The translations under genes were made by a program, and so were the position numbers. The notes beneath the pieces were generated by a model. It was not told where the DNA came from, made no database searches, and saw nothing but the letters and a program-made list of their open reading frames with translations. Below, piece after piece: positions 7,387 through 16,910 of a stretch of 64,000 nt of DNA; positions within the stretch are counted from its first letter, which is position 1; each line of letters starts with the position of its first letter. Source of the stretch: Candidatus Dojkabacteria bacterium (GTDB lineage: Bacteria > Patescibacteriota > Dojkabacteria > B142 > JAFGMG01); assembly GCA_016927655.1 (NCBI GenBank), contig JAFGMG010000010.1, positions 16,180-80,179 of the forward strand, read 5' to 3'.

Positions 7387-10245
7387 ATGTTCCAGACTCT
7401 AAATTCTAAACAACAACAAGCGGTTGAGACAATAGAAGGTCCAGTCATGCTTCTTGCAGGGCCGGGAGCGGGCAAAACACACACGCTTACTGCAAGGATA
7501 GCGAATATTCTCAAAAATACAGACGCAAACCCGGAAAACATCCTAGCTATTACGTTTACAGAAAACGCATCTACAAATATGCGAAACAGGCTAAAAGAAT
7601 ACATCGGGCAAGCAGCATACAAAGTTAAATTTGCAACGTTCCATGCTTTTTGCAACGAAATTATTCAATCCTACCCTGAGAAATTTGACCTTGGCAGCAA
7701 TTCAGATCAAATCAGCGATTTAAATAGAGTCCGTCTTATAGAAGAGATTATCGATGAGCTTAAACCTCAACAACTTACAACATTCTCAGACCAATATTTC
7801 TACAAAAATGATATTTTGTCCACCGTTTCAGAATTAAAAAAGGAGGGCTTTACCCCAGAAGAATTTCTCGAATTAGTAAACGAGGAAGAAGAAACTTTAA
7901 AAAAAATGGCTAAGACTAATCCAAAGACAAATAAGCCTTATGGAAACTATATAAAACTAGAGAAAAAAATTGCAAAAAACAGAGAATTCTTTGAAATTTA
8001 TAATAAGTATCAGAATGAACTAAAAGAACAGGATAGATATGACTACGATGATATGATACTTTTTGTAGTTGAGAAGCTGGAGGATGACAACGAGCTCCTT
8101 TCGGACCTGCAGGAACGTTTTTTGTACATCTTAGTCGACGAATTTCAGGATACAAACGGAGCCCAGACAAGACTTCTAGAACTTATTGGAAGTTTTGATA
8201 AGCAGCCGAATTTATTTGTCGTTGGAGATGATGATCAGTCAATTTTCAGGTTTCAGGGTGCAAACATCGAAAATATCTTTGATTTTACTCAAAACTATCC
8301 GGATACTCAGATTATCAGCCTGGACATCACCTATAGGTGTCCTCAGGCGATTTTGGATGGTGCGAGAAGCCTTATTTTAAAAAATAAGAACAGCATTGAA
8401 AACAAGATCAAAGCTATCAGCAAGGATCTAAAATCAACCAACACTTTAAAAACGAAAATAAATATTAATGAACTTGAAACGAGTGACGAAGAGAATTTAT
8501 TTATACTAAGTGAGATAAAGAAACTAATAGACTCGGGAATAGCTCCATCTGATATTGCAATAATTTACAGGAATCATAAAGACGCAGAAGAAATTAAAAG
8601 ATTATTTCTAAAGTCTGAAATTCCCAGCAATATAGCTGATAAAGGCAATTCCTTAAATGACTTGGCTGTCATTCAGTTTTTACACCTTTTAGAGGTTGTA
8701 AAAGATCCCTACAATGACAAACTACTATTTGAAATACTTAATTTTGATTTTCTTGATATAAAAAGACTGAAGGTTCTGAAGGCCGTCAGAAATTTAAATA
8801 ACAATAAATTATTCGATGTCCTAAATGAATCAACTGAAAAAGATTCCAAACTGGCTGATTTCCTAAATAAGCTGCTCGAATGGGGCAGTCTTGATCATAA
8901 TGCAAGCATCATCAGCCTTTCTGAGACTATTTTGAATGAATCAGGATTGCTAGATTACCTTCAGAAATCGAAAAATTATGAAGGGATAGAGGCTCTAAAA
9001 TCACTTTTTAAATTTATTCTAAATCAGAGCAGCGGAAGTTTCGACTACAAACTCGAAAATCTGCTTTCAGACATTGACGGACTCAACATAAATAGAATTT
9101 CGCTCAATCTTGATTATACAAAAGAAGGCACCGGAGTGAATTTTTTGACAGCACACAAAGCAAAGGGTCTTGAATTTGACTACGTTTTTATTATGAATCT
9201 TAGAGACGGAGTATGGGGAAATAAACGAACGAGAAGACTGATAAAACTCCCGGACGGGATTTTCGATTCAATTGAGATTTCTAGACTTGATGAAAATGAA
9301 GAAGAACGAAGACTTCTTTACGTCGCGATGACACGTGCTAAAAAACAGCTGAATATGAGTTTTTCCACTAAATCTATTGAAAACGGCAAGGAGAGAAACT
9401 ACATTGAGTCACAATTCATTGGAGAAATTGATGAAGATTTTTGTACTCGTGAAAAAGGCATGTTTGATGAAAAATTATATGATTTAGTTCTTGAGCAAAT
9501 TCCCGCACTAAATTTTGACGATAATGCAAATTCTTATCTGAAAAATCTTGTTAATGAATTTAAACTTAGTATTACTGCTCTAAATAACTATCTTGAGGAT
9601 CCAAGAAGGTTCTTTTTGGAAAATTTGCTTAGAGTTCCTTCAGAGAAACCTGAGGTGATGATCCTGGGTTCTGTAATTCATAAGCTTCTTGAAAAGGACA
9701 ATTTAGAGCCTGAATATTATAAAAAGCTGATTTCAAACGAACTTAAAAGAGAGTCTCTCTCAAAGGATATATCAGATAAGATATTTAAAGAAGCTGTTGA
9801 TATATTTGAAGGATTTATTCCTGAGATTCAGGCAAATAAAGCTGAGACTGCGCATGTAGAATACAATTTCCATTCTCATAATGTCTTCTTGGATGATATC
9901 GAGCTGACTGGGAAAATTGATAAAATAGAGTGGATTGATAAGCAGGCGAAAACTGTAAGGCTGATTGATTATAAAACAAGCACACCAAAAAGCAGAAATC
10001 AGATACTCGGTTTGACAAAATATTCTGACGAAAAACTTTTGCGGCAATTGCAGTTCTACAAGCTAATTTCACAGCTGGATAGCAGATTTGAGTACAATAT
10101 TGCAGAGTTTGAGCTGCGATTCGTAAAGCCTGACCCAGCAGGTAATTACAGGTCACAAATCTTCACTGCAGATGAAATAGAAACAGTTGAGCTCAAAGAA
10201 GTTATCAAAGAGACAATGGAAAAGATTCGAAATCTGGAATTCTAA
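7387..10245 (+). CDS. UvrD/PcrA-family helicase fused to a C-terminal PD-(D/E)xK nuclease
   Basis: AGPGAGKT, LVDEFQD, VGDDDQSIF, HKAKGLEF and EERRLLYVAMTRAK. C-terminal LTGKIDKI...IDYKT...QLQFY is a RecB-like nuclease motif. Confidence 0.9.
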   Translation: MFQTLNSKQQQAVETIEGPVMLLAGPGAGKTHTLTARIANILKNTDANPENILAITFTENASTNMRNRLKEYIGQAAYKVKFATFHAFCNEIIQSYPEKFDLGSNSDQISDLNRVRLIEEIIDELKPQQLTTFSDQYFYKNDILSTVSELKKEGFTPEEFLELVNEEEETLKKMAKTNPKTNKPYGNYIKLEKKIAKNREFFEIYNKYQNELKEQDRYDYDDMILFVVEKLEDDNELLSDLQERFLYILVDEFQDTNGAQTRLLELIGSFDKQPNLFVVGDDDQSIFRFQGANIENIFDFTQNYPDTQIISLDITYRCPQAILDGARSLILKNKNSIENKIKAISKDLKSTNTLKTKININELETSDEENLFILSEIKKLIDSGIAPSDIAIIYRNHKDAEEIKRLFLKSEIPSNIADKGNSLNDLAVIQFLHLLEVVKDPYNDKLLFEILNFDFLDIKRLKVLKAVRNLNNNKLFDVLNESTEKDSKLADFLNKLLEWGSLDHNASIISLSETILNESGLLDYLQKSKNYEGIEALKSLFKFILNQSSGSFDYKLENLLSDIDGLNINRISLNLDYTKEGTGVNFLTAHKAKGLEFDYVFIMNLRDGVWGNKRTRRLIKLPDGIFDSIEISRLDENEEERRLLYVAMTRAKKQLNMSFSTKSIENGKERNYIESQFIGEIDEDFCTREKGMFDEKLYDLVLEQIPALNFDDNANSYLKNLVNEFKLSITALNNYLEDPRRFFLENLLRVPSEKPEVMILGSVIHKLLEKDNLEPEYYKKLISNELKRESLSKDISDKIFKEAVDIFEGFIPEIQANKAETAHVEYNFHSHNVFLDDIELTGKIDKIEWIDKQAKTVRLIDYKTSTPKSRNQILGLTKYSDEKLLRQLQFYKLISQLDSRFEYNIAEFELRFVKPDPAGNYRSQIFTADEIETVELKEVIKETMEKIRNLEF

Positions 10246-10282
10246 ATTGACAAAAATACACGACCATACTCTTCCAAGAGGC

Positions 10283-10323
10283 GACTTACTTTAGATCTGA
10301 TATGACCAGATCTAAAGTAAGTC
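10283..10323. repeat. Perfect 17-bp inverted repeat with a 7-nt loop
   Basis: GACTTACTTTAGATCTG-atatgac-CAGATCTAAAGTAAGTC. Confidence 0.9.
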
Positions 10324-10434
10324 ATAGATTCAAATGATACATCAGACATCCATCCTGACAAAATTATTGCTCGAAATGACCATATCCTTTATAATCATTA
10401 TAGTCTTTTGAAAACTGATTTTTTTAGTTTTGCT

Positions 10435-10507
10435 GCCGAGGTAGCTCAGTTGGTAGAGCACGCGACTGAAAATCGCGGTGTCGCCAGTTCAATCCTGGCC
10501 CTCGGCA
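10435..10507 (+). tRNA. tRNA-Phe(GAA), CCA not encoded
   Basis: Acceptor GCCGAGG/CCTCGGC, anticodon arm CGCGA-CTGAAAA-TCGCG, T loop TTCAATC. Confidence 0.95.
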
Positions 10508-10510
10508 CAC

Positions 10511-10587
10511 GGGCGCCTAGCTCAACTGGCTAGAGCAATTCGTTTACACCGAATAGGTTGGGGGTTCGAGTCCCTTGGCGCCCACCA
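10511..10587 (+). tRNA. tRNA-Val(TAC)
   Basis: Acceptor GGGCGCC/GGCGCCC, anticodon arm ATTCG-TTTACAC-CGAAT, encoded CCA. Lies 3 nt after tRNA-Phe. Confidence 0.95.
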
Positions 10588-10664
10588 ATTTTCCTCGAGA
10601 ACAAATTTTTATAATTTCCCAATACGTTATATAATCCGTATATATTTTTTACTTTATGCAATAA

Positions 10665-11273
10665 TTGTCAGGAGTATTTACAGAGCCAGAACAATATTAC
10701 ATAGAACGACATATATGTTTCGACGCTGAAGCTGGATATAACATGCTTTCAGGTACAGTAGCGGAACGCTCCCTGTCCTCTGGTGCTTCTTTAAATGGAC
10801 TTCTAGAAAATACGCGGTACACACTTACGGATATGGACACCGGCGAGCTTTTGGCCGTATACGCACAAACAGATGGACGAATGCTTCTAATTAAAAATCC
10901 TTATGCCTTAGACCAATTTATTGCCGGGCAGAGAAACGCTCTTGGAATAGACCATAAAGGAGATCTTGCATTGTACTACTCAAGAGACTGCTGTACATGG
11001 CAATGGGGGCGAAAAGCAAATTTTGAACCAGAAAATATTTATAACGCGGAGGTGCTAAATTATAAAAATATTCCTCAAATTGAGTTATTAATAAGAGGAA
11101 CAAAATACGATCCGAGACCAACTACTTTTAGAGGCAAAGAAATAGTCCTAGCAGAACTTATCAGCGATGAAGAAATGCTAGATGAGTTAGGATTTGCTGC
11201 TGCTGATGGAGATCCTACTGCACAAAATATATTAGAAATGCTTACAGCATATTTGCTAGATGAGACGAAATAA
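10665..11273 (+). CDS. Hypothetical protein
   Basis: 202 aa ORF filling the gap. No motif recognised. Confidence 0.55.
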   Translation: MSGVFTEPEQYYIERHICFDAEAGYNMLSGTVAERSLSSGASLNGLLENTRYTLTDMDTGELLAVYAQTDGRMLLIKNPYALDQFIAGQRNALGIDHKGDLALYYSRDCCTWQWGRKANFEPENIYNAEVLNYKNIPQIELLIRGTKYDPRPTTFRGKEIVLAELISDEEMLDELGFAAADGDPTAQNILEMLTAYLLDETK

Positions 11274-11281
11274 TAGAACAA

Positions 11282-11899
11282 TTATAATATCTTCTTCAGC
11301 AAAATCACCAGAGCTGCAGTAAGTGTCACAACGATAAATATTCTCGAGTCGAAGCTCCAGCCGAGCTTAAATAAATAGAAAAGAAGCATGTTGTATGGCA
11401 GAGCAGCGCAAGCAGTAGCAGCAAAAAATTTTACAAAATCAACCCTCAAAACTCCAGCAAATACAGCCATATAATCCCCAACCGGCTTAGATAAAAATTG
11501 AATAATTATCAAATCAACAAAACTTGTTCGTTTCTCCAATCTTCCCTTAAATTTATTGAACTTATGCATATTTGGGAATAGGTGGAAAATAAAGTCATGC
11601 GACAAACTTGAGAGGAAATATCCTACAGAATATCCAATCATTTCAGCTCCCGTAACAATCAACGCTAGAACTGGCCAGTAGATGTATTTTGCAGCGACGA
11701 AGTTTACACTCAATGACGGAAGAGGGGGCATAATAATACTTGTAGTATTATAAGCAGCCAGTATTAAACTAGTCAGAGCCACATTTTCATGACGATAGTC
11801 CTCAATAGCCTGATTTACATCCGGAAGCATTGTAACTATAATTAAGAAAATGCTCAGAAGAAGCGTCATTGAAATGAATATATATTGCTTTAGTTTCAT
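11282..11899 (-). CDS. DedA/VTT (TVP38-like) membrane protein
   Basis: Hydrophobic, with PPLP, G...GYFL and FAGVLRVDFVKFFAAT patterns. Confidence 0.75.
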   Translation of the reverse strand: MKLKQYIFISMTLLLSIFLIIVTMLPDVNQAIEDYRHENVALTSLILAAYNTTSIIMPPLPSLSVNFVAAKYIYWPVLALIVTGAEMIGYSVGYFLSSLSHDFIFHLFPNMHKFNKFKGRLEKRTSFVDLIIIQFLSKPVGDYMAVFAGVLRVDFVKFFAATACAALPYNMLLFYLFKLGWSFDSRIFIVVTLTAALVILLKKIL

Positions 11900-11917
11900 T
11901 TTTTACAATCAATAATA

Positions 11918-12637
11918 ATGTCAAAATTAAGGAAACCTCTAGCGAACTACCTGGGATTGTTCTTGTTATTATCGACTATAATAATCTTCGGTGCAAGTAA
12001 ATTGTTTACATTAGAGGAATTTATTCCTCTAAGAGGCGAAGAATTTTTTAAATTATTCTCACCATCCATCTATGCAATATATATTTTTCTTTTTTATACA
12101 AGCATTGAGGCGCCCAGAAAGAAAAAGATATGGGCAAATATTGTGCTAGTAGTGAGTATAGCGATTATGGGGCAGGGGATAGCAATGAATCAAACGGCGA
12201 ATTATTTTAATCTTCAATATCATGATCAAGTGACTACCGAGGCATACGATGCAATTTATTTTTATGATGAGTATCTTGGTCATTTCCTGGCTCTTATGGG
12301 TATGCTGACTGCTCTTGGCCTGATTCTTTACTTTGCGCTGGACTCAAAAACAAAACAATATAAGCCAGTATTATTTACCTATTTCTCAGGAATTCTTACT
12401 GGTACTTTATTTTTTGTCCAAGTAATCGAATCGCAGATGGTGCCGGCATTTATGCCACTAGCAGCTGTCTTGATGAGCTTGTTGATTTATAATACGAGAA
12501 AATCTAAGACTAATATTTTTAAAAATGACTTACTGACACTTTTCTTTTTTGCATTTTCAATCAGCATGACGCTGATTTTAATTTGGGGTGCATATCATGG
12601 AAGTTTCCTTGAATTTTCAGATCTCGGCTGGATTTAG
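11918..12637 (+). CDS. Multi-pass membrane protein
   Basis: About 7 hydrophobic segments. The conserved-looking YFYDEYLGH and IESQ motifs are unassigned. Confidence 0.7.
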   Translation: MSKLRKPLANYLGLFLLLSTIIIFGASKLFTLEEFIPLRGEEFFKLFSPSIYAIYIFLFYTSIEAPRKKKIWANIVLVVSIAIMGQGIAMNQTANYFNLQYHDQVTTEAYDAIYFYDEYLGHFLALMGMLTALGLILYFALDSKTKQYKPVLFTYFSGILTGTLFFVQVIESQMVPAFMPLAAVLMSLLIYNTRKSKTNIFKNDLLTLFFFAFSISMTLILIWGAYHGSFLEFSDLGWI

Positions 12638-12679
12638 CCTGTATTACTTTTGTGGTAAAATCAGACGGCTTCAAATTGA

Positions 12680-12756
12680 GCGGTAGTAGTTCAGTTGGCT
12701 AGAACGTTTCCTTGCCAAGGAAAAGGTCGCGAGTTCGAATCTCGTCTACCGCTCCA
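12680..12756 (+). tRNA. tRNA-Gly(GCC)
   Basis: Acceptor GCGGTAG/CTACCGC, anticodon arm TTTCC-TTGCCAA-GGAAA, encoded CCA. Confidence 0.95.
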
Positions 12757-12829
12757 TTCTCAATGAGTGAAACGAGCTGATTGAATGGAGGCGATGGCCG
12801 AACGGCTACCGCTCTTAATCTTCGAAAAT

Positions 12830-15031
12830 TCACAACGTACACAAACTGAAATTACAAGATAAGCATTTAATGCATCCTTCAGAAGATACCAGTCTTGAGC
12901 CGCACTTCGGACAATCATCTCCGGGTCTCAACTGCCGCATTGATTTTTCTTGCTTTTTTACAAGTTTTTCCAATACTGATTTCTTTTTTTTCTGATCACC
13001 AAATTCAATTACCTGGTCTAGTTTTGACTGATCTCTATAAATCGTAATTCCTTTGCATCCCATTTCCCATGCCATCATATATGCCTTCTCGACATCATCA
13101 ACAGTTGCACTTGATGGCATATTTATCGTTTTTGTAATCGCATTATCTACATATTTCTGCCATGCGGCTTGAATTTTCAGGTGATCCTGCCAATCAAGCT
13201 CATGTGCTGTAAGAAACAGCTTTCTAATTTTTTCGGGAATCTCCTTCATATTCTGGATACTTCCGTGATTCTCGAAAATTCTATCGAAAAGATTCTCTAC
13301 AACAATTCCTTCTTCTTTTAGTTTTTGCTCAAGCTTATCATTAACGTTCCTTATTCTGACACCGCCAAGCACGTTTTGATAAAAAGCAAGTGCAAAAAAA
13401 GGCTCAATACTAAACGATGTTCCGAATATCACGGCGTTCCCGCTGCTTGGAGGAAGAGTATTTACTGCCACGTTTCTAGGCTGATCCTTTTTCCCTGCCC
13501 ATTTTGAATATTTCACATATGGAAATGGTCCCTTCTCTTTCCCGATTTTCATTGATTCGTCATGGCATGCATCAGCAATTGTCTTTGATACTTTTTCTGC
13601 TAGCTTAAATGCCCGCGGGTCATTATATGGCAAGCCTAGATCAACTAATATTTCCGCCCACCCGACTATCCCAATACCCAGCCTTCTAAAGCTTCTTATA
13701 TTTTTTGTCTGTTCCTTTACTGGGAACCATGAAGCCTCAATAACATTGTCCATAAATCTTGTTGCAATTCCTGCCACCTCAGTAAGCTTTTCATAATTTA
13801 TTGCCGGAATTCCCTTTTTATTCTTTTCCAGAAATGAGTTCAAATTCAGATATCCTAGATTACATGATTCATATGGGTACTGAGGTATTTCACCGCAGAC
13901 GTTTGTAGACTGTATTGGCCCAAATTTTTCAAGTAATGGATTGTCCTTATTTATATTATCTAGAAAAATTATCCCTGGATCTCCAGTTTTGTGAGCATAG
14001 GTTGCAGCTAATTCCCATAGAGCTTTAGCTCTAATTCTATTTACAACTCTTCCTGTTCGAGGATTGATAAGCTCCCATTTTTTATCTTTCTTCACTGCCT
14101 CCATAAAGCCGTCAATAATTCCAATTGAGATGTTTGTTTTTGTCAAAACACCTTCCTGCTCCTTGCAGGTAATAAATTCTAAAATATCTGGATGGTCGAC
14201 ATTTAATATAGCCATGTTTCCACTTTCATACCTTCCCTGCTGGCGAAATATACTAGTCGGCAGGTCAAACATTTTCATTATTTCGATCGGACCTGCCGCC
14301 AGTCCTGGCTCGCCCGCGACCATATCTCCTTTTGGCCTTAATTTTGAGAAATTGTATCCGCATCCCCCTCCATGCCTTTTCGTTACGCTGGATTCATATA
14401 ATGTCTTGAATATACTTTCAATATTGTCGTCAATATCAAACACGAAACAATTTGCAAGCTGTGCATTTTTCTTCCCAGCATTTGCTAATACCCTTGTCCC
14501 AGGTAAAAACTGCCAGTCCTTCATTATTTGAAAAAATTTCTTCTCCCATTTGCGTGTTTTTGCAGCGGTCGGTTCTGCTTTAGCGACAAATCTTGCAACT
14601 CTTTTTAACATTTGCTCTGGTGTTTCTTTTGTTTCACCAGACTTTGTCTTTTTTAGATATCTCTCTTTTAGGATAAATAGGGAATTATAAGACAAATTAC
14701 CAATATCATCCCTTACTCCAAGCTGTTCTTTTCTGTTAAAGGTTTCGCGTTTCTTTTCCCTTGAGAGGATAAATTCCTTTACTGTAGCATAGTGTCCTCG
14801 TTTTACCAGCACTCTTTCAACGGCTGAGCCTACATCTGCTGTTTGAATTGGCTCATTATCGCCATACACTTCATCAATATATTCTATTACTTCCTCGCCG
14901 ATTTCGTTTGCTAAATTCTGATCCTTCCCCCCGACGTTTCTAGCAGCAGTCCATATTGATTTTTGAATTTTCGTTTTATTAAACCTCTCCTTACTTCCAT
15001 CCCTTTTAATAACATAACGAGGCAAGGCCAT
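12830..15031 (-). CDS. nrdJ: Class II (adenosylcobalamin-dependent) ribonucleotide reductase with N-terminal ATP cone and C-terminal Zn ribbon
   Basis: VIKRDGS cone; catalytic ANCFV, TNVCGE and ESCNLG; VDNAITKTIN; CKGITIYRD; C-terminal CPKCG...EGCIKCLSCNFSLC. No NrdB gene is adjacent. Confidence 0.88.
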   Translation of the reverse strand: MALPRYVIKRDGSKERFNKTKIQKSIWTAARNVGGKDQNLANEIGEEVIEYIDEVYGDNEPIQTADVGSAVERVLVKRGHYATVKEFILSREKKRETFNRKEQLGVRDDIGNLSYNSLFILKERYLKKTKSGETKETPEQMLKRVARFVAKAEPTAAKTRKWEKKFFQIMKDWQFLPGTRVLANAGKKNAQLANCFVFDIDDNIESIFKTLYESSVTKRHGGGCGYNFSKLRPKGDMVAGEPGLAAGPIEIMKMFDLPTSIFRQQGRYESGNMAILNVDHPDILEFITCKEQEGVLTKTNISIGIIDGFMEAVKKDKKWELINPRTGRVVNRIRAKALWELAATYAHKTGDPGIIFLDNINKDNPLLEKFGPIQSTNVCGEIPQYPYESCNLGYLNLNSFLEKNKKGIPAINYEKLTEVAGIATRFMDNVIEASWFPVKEQTKNIRSFRRLGIGIVGWAEILVDLGLPYNDPRAFKLAEKVSKTIADACHDESMKIGKEKGPFPYVKYSKWAGKKDQPRNVAVNTLPPSSGNAVIFGTSFSIEPFFALAFYQNVLGGVRIRNVNDKLEQKLKEEGIVVENLFDRIFENHGSIQNMKEIPEKIRKLFLTAHELDWQDHLKIQAAWQKYVDNAITKTINMPSSATVDDVEKAYMMAWEMGCKGITIYRDQSKLDQVIEFGDQKKKKSVLEKLVKKQEKSMRQLRPGDDCPKCGSRLVSSEGCIKCLSCNFSLCTL

Positions 15032-15139
15032 AGCAAAAAGCTAATAAGTATTTTGTAGGATAAATTGCGGATACAATATAGCAGGATAATTTTATTCCTG
15101 CAAAATATTTGTGGAATATGGAACTTTAGCTCGTTAAAC

Positions 15140-15373
15140 TTAAAAGTCAGATCCGCTCCACCCATAATCAGCTTCTTCCCCCATCCCCGAGCCCATATGC
15201 GCATTACCAGAGCCATCATCCGGTGAGTAAGGGCAGTCTACTTGATTTTGATATTGTGAATCGACATCACCCAGCAATGTTTCGTTATTAATAGGCACTT
15301 CACTTCTTATTTCAGCACCAGTGTTTAAACTATTATCTCGTTGCTGACCGGCAGGGGCTGCTTCTTCTGACAT
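15140..15373 (-). CDS. Small acidic hypothetical protein
   Basis: ORF from MSEEAA. Low complexity. Confidence 0.4.
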   Translation of the reverse strand: MSEEAAPAGQQRDNSLNTGAEIRSEVPINNETLLGDVDSQYQNQVDCPYSPDDGSGNAHMGSGMGEEADYGWSGSDF

Positions 15374-15404
15374 TTCTTTAATATAATAAATATAAATTAT
15401 GAAG

Positions 15405-15725
15405 TCACTCTCCTTGACCAATTTGCCCGTTGAGACATTCTCTAACTTTGGCTAAGCTTAGAGCTAAATCGGGATTTTCTGCACAAAATTCTGTTTGTTC
15501 ATAATGATTAACAAGATAAGCCATTTCCTGAATTTGCTTACTTGTAAATCTTATTCCATTACTGAGGAGCTCCTCCATTCTATTTATTATTTCACCTCCA
15601 AATTGTCGGCGTTCATATTCTCTCACTGGATTGCTCAAGGTGCCAATCATAAACAATGTACTTTGTTCTCTTGTTTGTATAGGATGGTCCTGCTCAAAAC
15701 CTGTGAGATTTATCCCGTCTGGCAT
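15405..15725 (-). CDS. Hypothetical protein
   Basis: 106 aa ORF whose start overlaps the stop codon of the upstream dsbB-like gene. Confidence 0.55.
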   Translation of the reverse strand: MPDGINLTGFEQDHPIQTREQSTLFMIGTLSNPVREYERRQFGGEIINRMEELLSNGIRFTSKQIQEMAYLVNHYEQTEFCAENPDLALSLAKVRECLNGQIGQGE

Positions 15726-16219
15726 TAGATATTTCTAACTTTTACCAGACGAATTATACATAGAAATAATGTCCCTGCAAATCCTAGAGCGCATAGCAAT
15801 GGTATTGTAATCCCGGAGCCTGTCCACAGTTCCCATTCCAGATCGCCGCATGCACCGTCTGTTTTGCAGAAGGGGGTTTCTTTTGGGAAAATATCTGTAA
15901 CTTTTAGAAGATGATGATAAATTGAGATTGGAAGGCCGATTGCCGACAATGCTAAAATATAATAATGCGCTTTCTTGTCTCTCATCAATAATGCCACTAA
16001 AGCGACAATCGGAATCGGATAAAATAAAACCCTCTGATACCAGCAAAGATCACATGGTGGTAGATCCATCGCTTCACTAAAGTAAAGACTCAGCAAAACA
16101 CCAAACAAACCCATCATTAAGATCAGATTCAAAGAATATTTTCTTAGAATCTCTATAATGCCCTTGTAAAAAGCCTTCACATCAAACGTGCTCTTTATTT
16201 TACTTGACTCTTTATTCAT
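15725..16219 (-). CDS. dsbB: Disulfide bond formation protein, DsbB/BdbC family
   Basis: SLYFSE...PCDLCWYQR, a second Cys pair, and TIP motif. Confidence 0.9.
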   Translation of the reverse strand: MNKESSKIKSTFDVKAFYKGIIEILRKYSLNLILMMGLFGVLLSLYFSEAMDLPPCDLCWYQRVLFYPIPIVALVALLMRDKKAHYYILALSAIGLPISIYHHLLKVTDIFPKETPFCKTDGACGDLEWELWTGSGITIPLLCALGFAGTLFLCIIRLVKVRNI

Positions 16220-16259
16220 AATTTCGTTATATTAACTAGTTATTTGTTATTTATTTCAA

Positions 16260-16865
16260 ATGTTTAAACTTCCACAACTTCCATATTCTTACGATGCACT
16301 TGAACCATACATCGACGCTCAGACAATGGAGATACATCATACCAAACATCACCAGGGATATACAGATAAGCTCAACACAGCTCTTGAAGGGGAGGAAAAG
16401 CTTCTTTCAATGCCGGTACTTGAAATTTTGAGTAACATTGATATGATCCCCGAAGCAAAGAAACAAGCAGTCATCAATAATGGAGGAGGATATGCAAATC
16501 ATATTTTATTTTGGGAAATAATGTCTCCCGACCCCAAAAAATCACCGGAAGGCAAATTAGCTGAGTTAATAGAGGAAGAGGTTGGAAGCCTTGAGCAATT
16601 CAAAGCTGAGTTTACTGACACAGCACTTACTCAATTTGGATCAGGCTGGGCATGGCTTGTTGTAAATAAGAACAATAAACTTGAGATAATCTCAACGTCA
16701 AATCAAGATAGTCCAGTCATGAAGGGCCTAGTCCCGTTAATCGGTCTTGACGTATGGGAGCATGCCTACTACCTCAAATACCAGAATAAAAGAGCAGATT
16801 ACATTGATGCATGGTGGAATGTTCTAGATTGGAATGCAGTTGAAGAGAAGTATAAGAACGTTTAA
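16260..16865 (+). CDS. sodA: Mn/Fe superoxide dismutase
   Basis: HHTKHH, NNGGG (Mn-type), FGSGWAWL and DVWEHAYY. Confidence 0.95.
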   Translation: MFKLPQLPYSYDALEPYIDAQTMEIHHTKHHQGYTDKLNTALEGEEKLLSMPVLEILSNIDMIPEAKKQAVINNGGGYANHILFWEIMSPDPKKSPEGKLAELIEEEVGSLEQFKAEFTDTALTQFGSGWAWLVVNKNNKLEIISTSNQDSPVMKGLVPLIGLDVWEHAYYLKYQNKRADYIDAWWNVLDWNAVEEKYKNV

Positions 16866-16910
16866 CACAATCTCGACAGCAAAAATTATTTCCTGTAGGC
16901 TTATTCTAGT

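Noticed and set aside
10376-10434. Possible leader peptide before tRNA-Phe/Val (MTISFIIIIVF)
   Set aside because: No run of cognate Phe or Val codons and no terminator/antiterminator. It overlaps the probable -10 TATAAT.
10478-10729. 83-aa ORF in the track
   Set aside because: It overlaps tRNA-Phe and tRNA-Val, so it is spurious.
15032-15139. NrdR boxes or a cobalamin riboswitch upstream of nrdJ
   Set aside because: Only a half match (ATACAATATA) to the NrdR consensus, and the gap is too short for a riboswitch. The GCAGGA/TCCTGC hairpin is more simply a terminator.
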